Shown: positions 1 to 9,428, counted from the stretch's first letter. The stretch is DNA of 34,705 nt from a virus (IMGVR_UViG_3300042972_000004:1-34705); one strand, 5' to 3'. Notes: generated by a model from the sequence alone, not told the origin. Numbers and translations: made by a program.

Positions 1-135
1 GAACTGGCATGGCGAGCGTTTGACGCACCGACAAAGCCAGTTGATCAAGAGCCGACCGCCGAGAAGGCGCTAGTCGTCTTGCTGGTTATCACCTTGCTGC
101 TGGTCGCCGCATGGCTGGAGGGAAGCTGGATATGA
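1..135 (+). CDS. Small membrane protein (3' part; start ATG GAC GAA at 34697-34705 continues in frame across the window ends)
   Basis: Frame 1 reads ELAWRAFDAPTKPVDQEPTAEKALVVLLVITLLLVAAWLEGSWI* with a hydrophobic TM stretch. The window ends with AAAGGA...ATG GAC GAA in the same frame. Confidence 0.65.
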   Translation, partial: ELAWRAFDAPTKPVDQEPTAEKALVVLLVITLLLVAAWLEGSWI

Positions 136-184
136 CCTCTGCCCGTCTCAGTACGGTTTCATCGAAACACCCCAAGGAGGAATC

Positions 185-1630
185 ATGAGCGAGAAGAAAG
201 ACCTACCGGACAGCCCGGTGAAGATAGACAGCCTCGAGATGGAGAACGTAAAGCGCGTCCGCGCGGTGGAGCTTACCCCCACAAAAGATGGCCTCACGGT
301 CATAGGGGGCCGCAACCGGCAGGGAAAGACGAGCGTCTTGGACGCTATAGCGTGGGCCCTGGGCGGCGACAGGTTCCGCCCGGACAAGCCGAACAGGGAC
401 GGGGCGGCGACCCCCGCCAAGCTACACGTAGAGCTAACAAACGGGCTGGTAATTGAGCGCAGCGGCAACAAGGGATCTCTCAAGGTCACAGATCCCACAG
501 GCAGGCGTGCGGGCCAGACGCTCGTGAACGACTTCGTGAGCGCGCTTGCCCTTGACCTGCCGAAGTTTTTATCAGGCACCGACAAGGAGCGCGCCGAGAC
601 GCTGCTTCAGGTCATAGGCGTGGGCGACAGACTCACGGACATAGACAACCGCCTCAGCCGTGCCTATGAGGAGCGTCACACCTTAGGCCAGGTCCTTGTC
701 CGCAAGCAGAAGGTCGCTGAAGACATGGTCCATCACGACGACGCCCCCGAGGAGCCGGTCTCTGTGGCCGAGCTTGTGGCCGAGCAGCAGGGGATTCTCG
801 GGCGCAACGGCATGAACAGAGAGAAGCGTATGCATGCCAAGGAGCTCGCCACGAAGGCTGAGATCGCCTATCAGGCCGTTGAGCATCAGCGCGAGGTCGC
901 GGCAGATATAAAGCGCCAGCTCGCTGAGGCAAACGCCAGGATATCAGAGCTCGTGGCGGCAGCTGCAGACGCGCAAGCCGAAGCGAGGAATGCCAAGCGC
1001 AGCGCATCCGAGCTCACAGACGAGTCCACCGCCGAGGTGGAGGCGTCAATCGCCTCCATCGAGGCGACAAACGAGCTCGTGCGTGAAAACCAGGCCAAGG
1101 CTGCAGCCCAGGCTGAGGCGGACCAGCTAAAGAGCGAGTATGAGGCCCTGAATGAGGAGGTCGACGGAATCCGCTCCGAGCGACTTGAGCTCCTCAAGGG
1201 TGCAGATCTTCCGCTTAGCGGTCTTTCCGTCTCCGAGGATGGGGCGCTCACCTATGAAGGCTCGGCGTGGTCAGACATGTCAGGGGCCGACCAGCTCAAG
1301 GTTGCCACCGCCATCGTGCACCGCGTGCAGCCCTCGTGCGGCTTCGTGCTCGTGGATAAGTTAGAGCAGATGGACCCTGAGACGCTTGCAGAATTCGGGG
1401 CGTGGTGCCAGTCGGAGAAGCTCCAGGTCATAGGAACCCGCGTCGCCACCGACGACACCTGCAGCGTGGTCATTGAAGACGGCCGCGTGGCGACGCAGAA
1501 GTTCGAGGAGGCGGCTGCTCCTGCGGCCAAGACAGCTGCAGCTGAGACGCTTAAGAGTGCAGCGAAACCAACCACATACATGGACAGTCAGGTATTCGCC
1601 TCGGCAACTGACTACGGGGAGGAATTTTAG
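185..1630 (+). CDS. SMC/Rad50-like AAA ATPase with central coiled coil
   Basis: Walker A GRNRQGKTS, long Ala/Glu-rich coiled coil, signature-like MSGADQ and Walker B VLVD; SD AAGGAGG upstream. Confidence 0.85.
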   Translation: MSEKKDLPDSPVKIDSLEMENVKRVRAVELTPTKDGLTVIGGRNRQGKTSVLDAIAWALGGDRFRPDKPNRDGAATPAKLHVELTNGLVIERSGNKGSLKVTDPTGRRAGQTLVNDFVSALALDLPKFLSGTDKERAETLLQVIGVGDRLTDIDNRLSRAYEERHTLGQVLVRKQKVAEDMVHHDDAPEEPVSVAELVAEQQGILGRNGMNREKRMHAKELATKAEIAYQAVEHQREVAADIKRQLAEANARISELVAAAADAQAEARNAKRSASELTDESTAEVEASIASIEATNELVRENQAKAAAQAEADQLKSEYEALNEEVDGIRSERLELLKGADLPLSGLSVSEDGALTYEGSAWSDMSGADQLKVATAIVHRVQPSCGFVLVDKLEQMDPETLAEFGAWCQSEKLQVIGTRVATDDTCSVVIEDGRVATQKFEEAAAPAAKTAAAETLKSAAKPTTYMDSQVFASATDYGEEF

Positions 1631-2725
1631 ATGGGAAGCTATAAGCTTACATGCGGGGTGCAGAAGCGCCCCTTGAAAGTGCTCATCTACGGGCATGAGG
1701 GCATAGGAAAGTCGACAATGGCCGCTGGACTCCCGAGTCCGGTGTTCATCGACATCGAAGCCGGCACCGACCAGCTACCTGTGGCGAGGCTTCCCCGTCC
1801 GACATCATGGGCGATGCTTCTGGACGAGGTGCGCTCGGTACGGGACGGGCAGGTTCCATGCTCGACGATCGTCATCGACACGGCGGATGCCGCCGAGCGC
1901 CTATGCATCGAGGCGGTCTGTGCCAAGAAAGACTACGAGAGCATCGAGAGCCCTGGCTACGGTCGTGGCTACACAGAGGTGAAAGACGAGTTCGCCCACT
2001 TGCTCGACCTACTCTCAGAGGTCATAGAACATGGCATCAACGCAACGCTTCTGTGCCACGCCATTCTCTCAAAGCTCGAGCGCCCCGACGAGTCGAGCAG
2101 CTACGACCGATGGAGCCTGAAGCTCATCGACTCGAAGCGCACCTCCATCGCGGCCCTGTGCAAGGAGTGGGCCGACATGGTCTTGTTCCTTGACTACGAC
2201 ATCATCGTCACCGTCAACAAGGACAAGAAGGCCAAGGCCACGGGTGGCAAGAGGGTCATCAAGACCACGCACGCCGCTACCTACGACGCGAAGAACCGTT
2301 TCGGGCTCCCCGACGAGATGGCCCTTGATGATGCCAGCGTGGCCAAGATCGCATCCCTCATGACCAATGGCCTTTCCACTGACGGACCCGGAGGGGGTGG
2401 CGGGCATGGTACCACAGACCAAGCGGTCGCCATCAAGGACAACGCGTGCACCAGATCCCCCTCCTGTCCTGAGCATCTCAAGCCCCTCGTAGACCTCATG
2501 GCCACCGACAACGTCAAGGGTGCGGAGCTCAGGCATGTGGTCGCCCAGCGCGGCGACTTCCCCGAGTCCTGCAAGATCAGGGACTATAAGCCGGACTACG
2601 TGGCCTTCCTCATAGCCCAGTGGCCGGGCGTCCTCAGAAAGATCAAGGCGAACCGTGTGGCTGCCGAGGCTGCGATACCTGACAGCGAGATCCCGTTTGA
2701 CACGCACGAGCCGACTAACGAATAA
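1631..2725 (+). CDS. AAA_24 family ATPase (Sak4-like single-strand annealing/recombination protein)
   Basis: Walker A YGHEGIGKST, IVIDTAD, GYGRGY, EWADMVLF and DAKNRFGLP motifs typical of phage AAA_24 proteins. Confidence 0.85.
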   Translation: MGSYKLTCGVQKRPLKVLIYGHEGIGKSTMAAGLPSPVFIDIEAGTDQLPVARLPRPTSWAMLLDEVRSVRDGQVPCSTIVIDTADAAERLCIEAVCAKKDYESIESPGYGRGYTEVKDEFAHLLDLLSEVIEHGINATLLCHAILSKLERPDESSSYDRWSLKLIDSKRTSIAALCKEWADMVLFLDYDIIVTVNKDKKAKATGGKRVIKTTHAATYDAKNRFGLPDEMALDDASVAKIASLMTNGLSTDGPGGGGGHGTTDQAVAIKDNACTRSPSCPEHLKPLVDLMATDNVKGAELRHVVAQRGDFPESCKIRDYKPDYVAFLIAQWPGVLRKIKANRVAAEAAIPDSEIPFDTHEPTNE

Positions 2726-2738
2726 GGAGATATAGAAC

Positions 2739-3200
2739 ATGTCAGACATCAACACAAACGAAGCCCTGGGATGGGACGACGAGGCGACCGTCGAAAGCTC
2801 GAACTACACGCTCCTTGTGCCGGGCACCTATTCCTATAGCGTCTCAAGCTTTCAGAGGGCGAACTTCGACGGGAGTGACAAGATGGCGCCCTGCCCCGAG
2901 GCAGACCTCACTCTTACCTGCTCAAACGCAGAGGGCGCGCGCTCTGACGTTAAGGTGCGCCTGTTTCTCAACCGCAGGCAGATGTGGAAGATCACCCAGT
3001 TCTTCAAGAGCTGCGGGCTTCTCGACGCGGAGCTCGCCGACGGGACGAGCTATGCCATGGGACCCCTCTGGAAGCAGGTCCTCGGCCGCACAGGGCAGGT
3101 CGAGATAGGAAACCGCACCTACCAGGACAAGACCTACAACGACGTCAAGTCGTTCGTGGTCCCGGAAAAAAGCGCAAGCAAGTATGGGGAGGGCTTCTGA
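2739..3200 (+). CDS. Putative phage ssDNA-binding protein (DUF669-like)
   Basis: 153 aa, sits between the Sak4-like ATPase and the helicase; LLVPGTY, WKITQFFKSCG and YNDVKSF motifs; SD TAAGGAG. Confidence 0.65.
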   Translation: MSDINTNEALGWDDEATVESSNYTLLVPGTYSYSVSSFQRANFDGSDKMAPCPEADLTLTCSNAEGARSDVKVRLFLNRRQMWKITQFFKSCGLLDAELADGTSYAMGPLWKQVLGRTGQVEIGNRTYQDKTYNDVKSFVVPEKSASKYGEGF

Positions 3201-3202
3201 AG

Positions 3203-5836
3203 ATGCCTCCCACTACTCTCAGACCATATCAGGTCGAGGCTGTGGACGCTGTCGAGCACGAGTGGGCATCCGGCAACCGCCGAACCCTGCTCGTGCAGGC
3301 CACGGGCACAGGCAAGACCATCGTCATGGCAGAACTCGCCCGCCGTGTCGCCGCCCGTGGAGGCAGGACCCTCCTGCTGGCTCACAGAGGCGAGCTTCTG
3401 TCCCAGGCCGCCGACAAAATCGAAAGATTCACGGGGCTTGCATGCGCCGTCGAGAAGGCAGAGCAGACCTGTCTCGGAACATGGAACTCTGTCACCGTGG
3501 GATCTGTCCAGACCCTCATGCGGGACTCCCGCCTCGACGCTCTGGCGCCTAACCGCTTCGACTGTGTGATGGTCGACGAGGCGCATCACGCGCTTGCCGA
3601 CGGCTACGTGAAGGTGCTTGAGCACTTTGATAGCGCAAACGTCTTGGGTGTGACGGCGACGCCTGACAGAAGCGATCAGCGTGACCTGGGCGAGGTCTTC
3701 GACTCTCTCGCCTATGAGTATGGGCTTGCCAAGGCTGTAAAGGACGGATGGCTCTGTCCCATCGAAGCCCAGATGCTTCCCGTGACGCTTGACGTCTCGG
3801 GAGTCTCGATCCAGGCAGGGGACTACTCGGCGGGACAGCTCGGAGACGCCCTCGACCCCTATCTTGACGCGATCGCGGATGCGATGGCCGACGAGGGGCT
3901 CAAGGACCACAGGACTGTGGTCTTCCTGCCGCTGGTGCGCACCGCAAAGGCATTCCGCGATCGGCTGTGCGAGCGAGGGTTCCAGGCGGCCGAGGTCGAC
4001 GGGCAGAGCGATGACAGGGATGAGGTCCTGTCCGACTTCGATTCTGGCCGCTACAACATCTTATGCAACAGCATGCTTCTCACTGAGGGGTGGGACTGCC
4101 CGGCAGTCGACTGCGTCGTCGTGCTCAGGCCGACTAAGTCGAGGAGCCTCTATTGCCTCGACGAGAAGACGGAGGTCCTCACGCGAGACGGGTGGAAAAG
4201 AGACGTTGAGGTCGGAGAATACGTTCTCGCGTTCGACATCGCTTCCGGCGAGACGAGGTTTGTGCCTGCCCTTGAAAAGGTTCGTCGTCCTCTCGATCAA
4301 GACGAGTTCTTCTGCTCCATTAAGGGACAGTCCTCTGACATAAGGGTTACCAATCACCACCGAATGGTTTACGACAACAAAAGGCGTCTCGGCTGGAAGG
4401 TCAAAGAAGCTCAGGATCTTGCTGACATGAGGGATGGAGCTTACATCCCCGTGTGCGGCAACGGGAAGTTTGCGGGAATCCCGTTAAGCGATTCAGAACT
4501 CACCTTTATCGGATGGGTCATGACAGACGGGAGCATCAACAAGAAGAACGGTCAAATAACCATAACCCAGGGCGAGCAGCAGACAGATTACTGCGAAGAG
4601 ATAGAGCGTTGCATCAGGGAATGCGGATTCAAGTTCGGGAGGTCCGTATCAAAGCGTACGGATATCCATTGGAATGCTCATGGAGATGTCGTCCGATGGA
4701 CCATCTCTAGGGGAGCGCCGCGCGGCCGCGACAAGGATAAGACTGGTTGGGGGCGTCTCGAACCTTGGATCTCGAAAGATCTGAGCCCCAATCTCTTCGA
4801 CATGACAGAGCGCCAGTTCGCTGTGATGCTCGAGGCAATTTATCACGGTGACGGAAACAAGCACTTCAAGACAAGCTATCACATCGGGAAAGGCAATAGG
4901 GCATTCATCGAGCGTCTTCAGGCCATGGCCGTGCAGCGCGGGTATCGAGCGAGTATCAGCGTCGAAAAAACTAACGAGGTCAGGCATTGCGACCTCTGGA
5001 TGATTCATATCAAGAAGCAAAGATTTGTCAAGGTCGGTTCTACATCTGGCAAACATGCCAAGTGGATCAAAGAACCGCATACGAACGAGAGCTGCTGGTG
5101 CGTTCAGAACGAGCTCGGAACGCTCATCACACGGCGCAACGGCAAAGTGGCTGTTCTAGGAAATTGTCAAATGATCGGTCGTGGGACCCGCCTGTCCCCC
5201 GAGACCGGCAAGGACCACCTGCTCCTTCTTGACTTCTTGTGGCTTACCGGACGCCATGAGCTGTGCAGGCCAGCGTCACTCGTCGCGCGCAGGACTGAGG
5301 TCGCCGATCGCATGACCGAGATAGTGGCCGATGGAGGTGGACCCGTGGACCTCGAGGAGTGTGAGGAGGCCGCTGAAACCGACGTGCAGGTGGCACGCGA
5401 GGAGGCCTTGGCCAAGCACCTCCACGAACTCAGACACCGCAAGGCGAGGCTGGTCGACCCGCTGCAGTTCGAGATGAGCATTTGTGACCGCGACCTGCAA
5501 GACTATGTTCCCACATTCGCCTGGCAGCAGCAAAAGCCCTCTGAGGCCCAGGCGCACGCCCTCGAGGCGTGGGGCATCGACCCTGACGTGATGGATGCCG
5601 GCAAGGCGTCGCTCATGCTCGACCGCCTGTCCAAGAGGAGAGACGCCGGCATGGCCACGCCAAAGCAGGTGCGGATGCTCGAGCGCAAGGGGTTCAGACA
5701 TCCCGGAACGTGGACATTCGATCAGGCATCAGACATGATGGGCCGCCTTGCGCAGAACAGGTGGCGCGTGCCGTTCGGGATCACGCCGGCGACATATGTA
5801 CCGCAAGAAGAGGTGGCTAAGGAGGCAATCTCATGA
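3203..5836 (+). CDS. SF2 DEAD/DEAH-type helicase containing an intein
   Basis: LRPYQ, ATGTGKT, DEAHH, TATPDR, LTEGWD and QMIGRGTR motifs. Start placed at ATG 3203 behind SD GGGGAGG, not at 2984. Confidence 0.92.
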   Translation: MPPTTLRPYQVEAVDAVEHEWASGNRRTLLVQATGTGKTIVMAELARRVAARGGRTLLLAHRGELLSQAADKIERFTGLACAVEKAEQTCLGTWNSVTVGSVQTLMRDSRLDALAPNRFDCVMVDEAHHALADGYVKVLEHFDSANVLGVTATPDRSDQRDLGEVFDSLAYEYGLAKAVKDGWLCPIEAQMLPVTLDVSGVSIQAGDYSAGQLGDALDPYLDAIADAMADEGLKDHRTVVFLPLVRTAKAFRDRLCERGFQAAEVDGQSDDRDEVLSDFDSGRYNILCNSMLLTEGWDCPAVDCVVVLRPTKSRSLYCLDEKTEVLTRDGWKRDVEVGEYVLAFDIASGETRFVPALEKVRRPLDQDEFFCSIKGQSSDIRVTNHHRMVYDNKRRLGWKVKEAQDLADMRDGAYIPVCGNGKFAGIPLSDSELTFIGWVMTDGSINKKNGQITITQGEQQTDYCEEIERCIRECGFKFGRSVSKRTDIHWNAHGDVVRWTISRGAPRGRDKDKTGWGRLEPWISKDLSPNLFDMTERQFAVMLEAIYHGDGNKHFKTSYHIGKGNRAFIERLQAMAVQRGYRASISVEKTNEVRHCDLWMIHIKKQRFVKVGSTSGKHAKWIKEPHTNESCWCVQNELGTLITRRNGKVAVLGNCQMIGRGTRLSPETGKDHLLLLDFLWLTGRHELCRPASLVARRTEVADRMTEIVADGGGPVDLEECEEAAETDVQVAREEALAKHLHELRHRKARLVDPLQFEMSICDRDLQDYVPTFAWQQQKPSEAQAHALEAWGIDPDVMDAGKASLMLDRLSKRRDAGMATPKQVRMLERKGFRHPGTWTFDQASDMMGRLAQNRWRVPFGITPATYVPQEEVAKEAIS
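4154..5164 (+). mobile_element. Intein (337 aa) with LAGLIDADG homing endonuclease, inserted just before helicase motif VI
   Basis: Begins CLDEKTEVLTRDGWK, block B TNHH, LAGLIDADG-like FIGWVMTDG and LEAIYHGDG, ends RRNGKVAVLGN followed by Cys+1. Removal restores SRSLY-CQMIGRGTR. Confidence 0.93.
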
Positions 5837-7950
5837 AAGGAGACCACTCAGACCTCGCACAGGCTCTGAACTATATCGACCCTGCCACTCTTGACTATCA
5901 GGAATGGATAGATGTCGGTATGGCCCTAAACGAGAGCGGTCTTTCCTGCAGCCTATGGGATACATGGAGCTCTAAGGATGCAAAACGCTACCATCCAGGT
6001 GAGTGCGCTAGGAAATGGGACGGATTCGGCAACGGGGCCACAAAGGTGACATCCGGTACGATCGTCGCCATGGCGCGGGCCAGGGGATGGGAGACGCATT
6101 ACGCATCCGCAGAGCCAGATGAGGCTCTGGGATGGGACGACACAGTCCAGGCGGTATCTCCCGCATGGGCAGATGATGTCCCGGTGGATGACGCCGACGA
6201 GGGTCCGTGGGACCAGGCGGGTCAGATATCGGACTACCTGGCATCGCTTTTTGACGATGACGACCATGTGGGGATCGTCACCCGGGCATGGCAAAGAGAC
6301 GGAAGGTGGCTGCCGCAGAAGGGCACATGGTCAAAGACCGCAGGGCAGCTCCGCCAGGAGCTCGCCAAGTGCGCGGGCGATGTGGGTAAGGTCGTTGGGG
6401 ACTGGCCGAAGGAGGCGGGCGCCTGGGTGCGCATTAATCCGCTTGACGGCAAAGGCTGCGGCAACTCGAACGTCACTGAGTACCGCTACTCCCTCGTTGA
6501 GAGCGACGAGGTGCCCATCGAGCGCCAGCGCGGGATGATCGAGGCCATGAACCTGCCCTGCGCGGCCATCGTGAGCTCAGGCAACAAGAGTGTGCACGCC
6601 GTCGTCAAGGTGGATGCGGGCACAGACTACGACCTGTACCGCAAGAGGGTCGAGAAGCTCTACCAGTACTGTGCAGGCCACGGGTTTGCGCCTGACACCC
6701 AGAACAAGAACCCAAGCCGCCTCTCGAGGCTTCCGGGGGTGACCCGCAACGGGCGCAGGCAGATGCTGCTTGCGACGTCGTGCGGGGCCGGTAGCTGGAC
6801 GGAATGGGAAGACTGGGTGGCGGAGACCGAAGACGACCTGCCGGACACGATATCACTCGCCGACAAGATCGGGAACCCCGACCCGCTAGCAACGCCTCTC
6901 ATAGGAACCGAGGAGGCCGGTATCCTCCGGCATGGCCACAAGATGCTTGTGGCGGGACCTTCCAAAGCGGGAAAGTCGATGCTGCTCATGGAGCTCGCCA
7001 CCGCCATAGCAAGCGGAGGCAGATGGGTCGGCTATCCGTGCGCCAAAGGGCGAGTCCTCTATGTAAACCTTGAGATAGACCCCGCGAGCTGTGTCATGCG
7101 CTTCAAGGAGATCGCAGACGACCGGCACATCGACGCGCCCGGATGGACGTCGAACGTCGACCTGTGGAATCTGAGAGGACATGCCGTCCCCATGGACGAG
7201 CTCACGCCCCGACTCATCCACAGGGCACGCGGCAGAGACTACGCGGCCGTGATCATCGATCCGATTTACAAGGTCATCACAGGGGACGAAAACAGCGCCT
7301 CGGAGATGGCGGCGTTCTGCAACCAGTTCGACAAGGTCTGCGCGGCGCTCGGAACGGCGGTCATCTATTGCCACCACCACAGCAAGGGCGCCCAAGGCAG
7401 TAAGCGCTCCATGGACCGCGCGAGCGGCTCGGGGGTGTTCGCACGCGACCCTGATGCGATGCTCGACATTGCCCCGATAGAGCTCCCCGATAAGAGGGCC
7501 TCAGAGCTCGACGGCACAACCTGCTGGCGGGTGAGCGCGACCCTTCGCGAGTTCGCGACGCCGAAGCCGATAGACCTCTTCTTCCGTTACCCGGTGCACA
7601 TCCCGGACACGCAAGGCGAACTTGCCAGATACAAGGTCGAGGGTGAGGACCCGTACCTGAAGCAGTCTGAGCAGAGAAAGAAGGCACGGGCCGATCAGGT
7701 CATGGCCGACCAGGAAACAAAGATCGCCCTTGTGCGCGCGGCCATCGAGGAGTGCTCCCGCGCGGGCCACAGGCCGACGAGGAGGAACATCCTCGAACAG
7801 ATCGGGGAGTTCAACGGAAGAGCCGTCACAGACGGGCAACTTAAGCGATGGACGGACAGCGGAAGGTCGAAATGGACCGTGTTCTCACTTGAAGAAAGCA
7901 ATGACGGAGGAGATCCGATCATTGTTGAGAAGAGTGATAAAAATGAATAA
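5833..7950 (+). CDS. Primase-helicase (PriCT-2-like N-terminus, primase core, AAA_25/RepA-like helicase)
   Basis: YQEWIDVGMAL...KWDGF (PriCT-2-like), SGNKSVHA, NPSRLSRLPG, Walker A GPSKAGKS, IIDP, HHHSKG, RASGSG; ATGA overlap with the helicase gene. Confidence 0.88.
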   Translation: MKGDHSDLAQALNYIDPATLDYQEWIDVGMALNESGLSCSLWDTWSSKDAKRYHPGECARKWDGFGNGATKVTSGTIVAMARARGWETHYASAEPDEALGWDDTVQAVSPAWADDVPVDDADEGPWDQAGQISDYLASLFDDDDHVGIVTRAWQRDGRWLPQKGTWSKTAGQLRQELAKCAGDVGKVVGDWPKEAGAWVRINPLDGKGCGNSNVTEYRYSLVESDEVPIERQRGMIEAMNLPCAAIVSSGNKSVHAVVKVDAGTDYDLYRKRVEKLYQYCAGHGFAPDTQNKNPSRLSRLPGVTRNGRRQMLLATSCGAGSWTEWEDWVAETEDDLPDTISLADKIGNPDPLATPLIGTEEAGILRHGHKMLVAGPSKAGKSMLLMELATAIASGGRWVGYPCAKGRVLYVNLEIDPASCVMRFKEIADDRHIDAPGWTSNVDLWNLRGHAVPMDELTPRLIHRARGRDYAAVIIDPIYKVITGDENSASEMAAFCNQFDKVCAALGTAVIYCHHHSKGAQGSKRSMDRASGSGVFARDPDAMLDIAPIELPDKRASELDGTTCWRVSATLREFATPKPIDLFFRYPVHIPDTQGELARYKVEGEDPYLKQSEQRKKARADQVMADQETKIALVRAAIEECSRAGHRPTRRNILEQIGEFNGRAVTDGQLKRWTDSGRSKWTVFSLEESNDGGDPIIVEKSDKNE

Positions 7951-8180
7951 AACTAATATGTTTTTGCATAATCTTTACCCGTTCGGTTCTGTACGGATTA
8001 AGAACCGAACGACCCCGTTCGATTCTGCAGTATCAACCGAACGACCCCGTTCGTTCGATACCTTACTACGTAAGGGGAATCGAACGCCTGCCCGCTAGGG
8101 GTCGCGCTAGGCACGTCCGTGCGAAAAGCACGCACGGACTTGCGTGCATAGCCGCAGCCGCACGACACCCGCACGGGCTA
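7935..8180. repeat. Putative replication origin: AT-rich tract, iteron-like CGAACG/CGTTCG repeats and hairpins
   Basis: AT-rich 7935-7975. Inverted repeat CGTTCGGTTCT/AGAACCGAACG at 7980-8011. Direct repeat AACCGAACGACCCCGTTCG at 8003-8021 and 8035-8053. Hairpin GTCCGTGCG/CGCACGGAC at 8115-8139. Lies directly after the primase gene. Confidence 0.6.
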
Positions 8181-8226
8181 AACGGAAACCAGACCAGGAA
8201 AAGACCAAAACCAGGAGGAGACGGAC

Positions 8227-8424
8227 ATGAGAATCAACACCAAGGCAAGCTTCGACAAGATGACGGTACAGCAGGGAAAGACCACCTTGCAGTTCGTGCT
8301 TGACCAGGCCGAGCAGGGCCGTATCCCTGACCTCTCGCAGATGACTGGCAAAACGGTGCTCCTCGATGTGGAGTCAGAGCAGACCACGATCTTCGACATG
8401 GACACACCTGGAGGTGAGGAGTAA
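8227..8424 (+). CDS. Hypothetical protein (65 aa)
   Basis: Strong SD AGGAGG, typical codon usage, stop overlaps the next start (TAATG). Confidence 0.7.
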   Translation: MRINTKASFDKMTVQQGKTTLQFVLDQAEQGRIPDLSQMTGKTVLLDVESEQTTIFDMDTPGGEE

Positions 8425-8840
8425 TGGGGCGCGCCGTAGAGGCGTTCCTTCCCATGGTGCCGCCGAAGGTCACCCATAACGCTTTGGAGATCCACAAGGG
8501 CCGGGGAGGGCGCGTCAGCATCGGCAAGTCCTCAGAACTGAGGGAGGCTGAGGTCTCCCTCTGGACGCGAGCGGTGAAGGTGGCACCGTCCGAGCCTTTG
8601 CAAGGTGCCTTGAGGCTGCAGATACGCTTCTGCTGGCCGTGCGGGGCCAGGCATGCATCCGGTGAGCCGATGTGTGACAAACCGGATGCGGACAACCTCG
8701 TAAAGACCTTCCAGGATGTGCTGGCACGGGCAAAGATCATCACCGACGACAAGGATGTGGTCGACCTCTCGGTGGCCAAGGCATGGGCGGACCCGGCGGG
8801 GATCTGGTTTCGCGTCGAGGAGATCGGAGGCAGACGGTGA
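8424..8840 (+). CDS. rusA: RusA-family Holliday junction resolvase
   Basis: KPDADNLVK and IITDDKDVV catalytic motifs, 138 aa. Confidence 0.9.
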   Translation: MGRAVEAFLPMVPPKVTHNALEIHKGRGGRVSIGKSSELREAEVSLWTRAVKVAPSEPLQGALRLQIRFCWPCGARHASGEPMCDKPDADNLVKTFQDVLARAKIITDDKDVVDLSVAKAWADPAGIWFRVEEIGGRR

Positions 8841-9289
8841 GCGCCTATAGCGCCGATGATCCTGCGATCCTCGTAAGCCGCGGCCCGTCATGCGGCGGCT
8901 GCGCGGACAGCGCCGAGACGTTTCTGCTCCGCGTCCAGTCAGACGTGAGACGGCTGGCAGATGACAGGGCACGCCTCATGGCGCTGGGCAAGTGGCCCGA
9001 TGGCATGCCGCGCTCAGGCTCGGCAGATGACCTTTCCGGCATGGCTGACGTTCTCGACAGGCAGCTGCTCGTGGGGGAGGAGGTGTCCCGCGCACGCTAC
9101 TACTGCCGAACGGTGGATGCCGAGAACCCCAGGCATAAGTGGGGACGCATCCTGGAGTGCTACTACGTCGACGATATGAGCATTAAGAAGACGGCTACGA
9201 TCGTGGGATATTCTGAGATATGGATTAAACAGGAAAAACGAGTGGGGCTTGATGTGATGACTGAAAGGTTCTTCTCTCCACGGGCTTAA
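8837..9289 (+). CDS. Putative late-transcription activator (RinA/ArpU-like, C-terminal sigma-region-4-like HTH)
   Basis: GTG start overlaps the rusA stop, SD GGAGG. C-terminal ILECYYVDDMSIKKTATIVGYSEIWI HTH pattern. Last gene before the packaging module. Confidence 0.65.
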   Translation: MSAYSADDPAILVSRGPSCGGCADSAETFLLRVQSDVRRLADDRARLMALGKWPDGMPRSGSADDLSGMADVLDRQLLVGEEVSRARYYCRTVDAENPRHKWGRILECYYVDDMSIKKTATIVGYSEIWIKQEKRVGLDVMTERFFSPRA

Positions 9290-9290
9290 A

Positions 9291-9326
9291 GAACATACCA
9301 GAACATACCAAAACATACTTCAACAT
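9291..9326 (+). promoter_or_regulatory. 10-bp-period direct repeats, putative late-activator binding site
   Basis: GAACATACCA GAACATACCA AAACATACTT CAACAT immediately after the activator stop codon and upstream of the late operon. Confidence 0.55.
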
Positions 9327-9377
9327 CGTGAATTTTGCTGATATACCTAGGCTGTCGTAATTTGGATGGAAGAACCA

Positions 9378-9411
9378 AAGGCCCGCGTCTCCTCGGAGGT
9401 GCGGGCCTTCT
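9378..9411 (+). terminator. GC-rich stem-loop (terminator/attenuator-like)
   Basis: AAGGCCCGC...GCGGGCCTT stem; the U-tract is weak. Confidence 0.45.
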
Positions 9412-9428
9412 CATGTCGGGAGGCCACC

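Noticed and set aside
1613-3200. Shared C-terminal tails YGEEF and YGEGF as a protein motif
   Set aside because: Both overlap the GGGGAGG Shine-Dalgarno of the next gene, which largely explains the similarity.
2984-3202. Upstream extensions in the ORF track (helicase 2984, portal 11769, integrase 32808, endolysin 28445, ORF 22935)
   Set aside because: They overlap upstream genes or att arm sites, and the downstream starts fit SD position, gene overlap or domain boundaries better.
7943-8098. Short ORF overlapping the primase stop
   Set aside because: It runs through the repeat-rich putative origin and has atypical composition, so it is probably non-coding.
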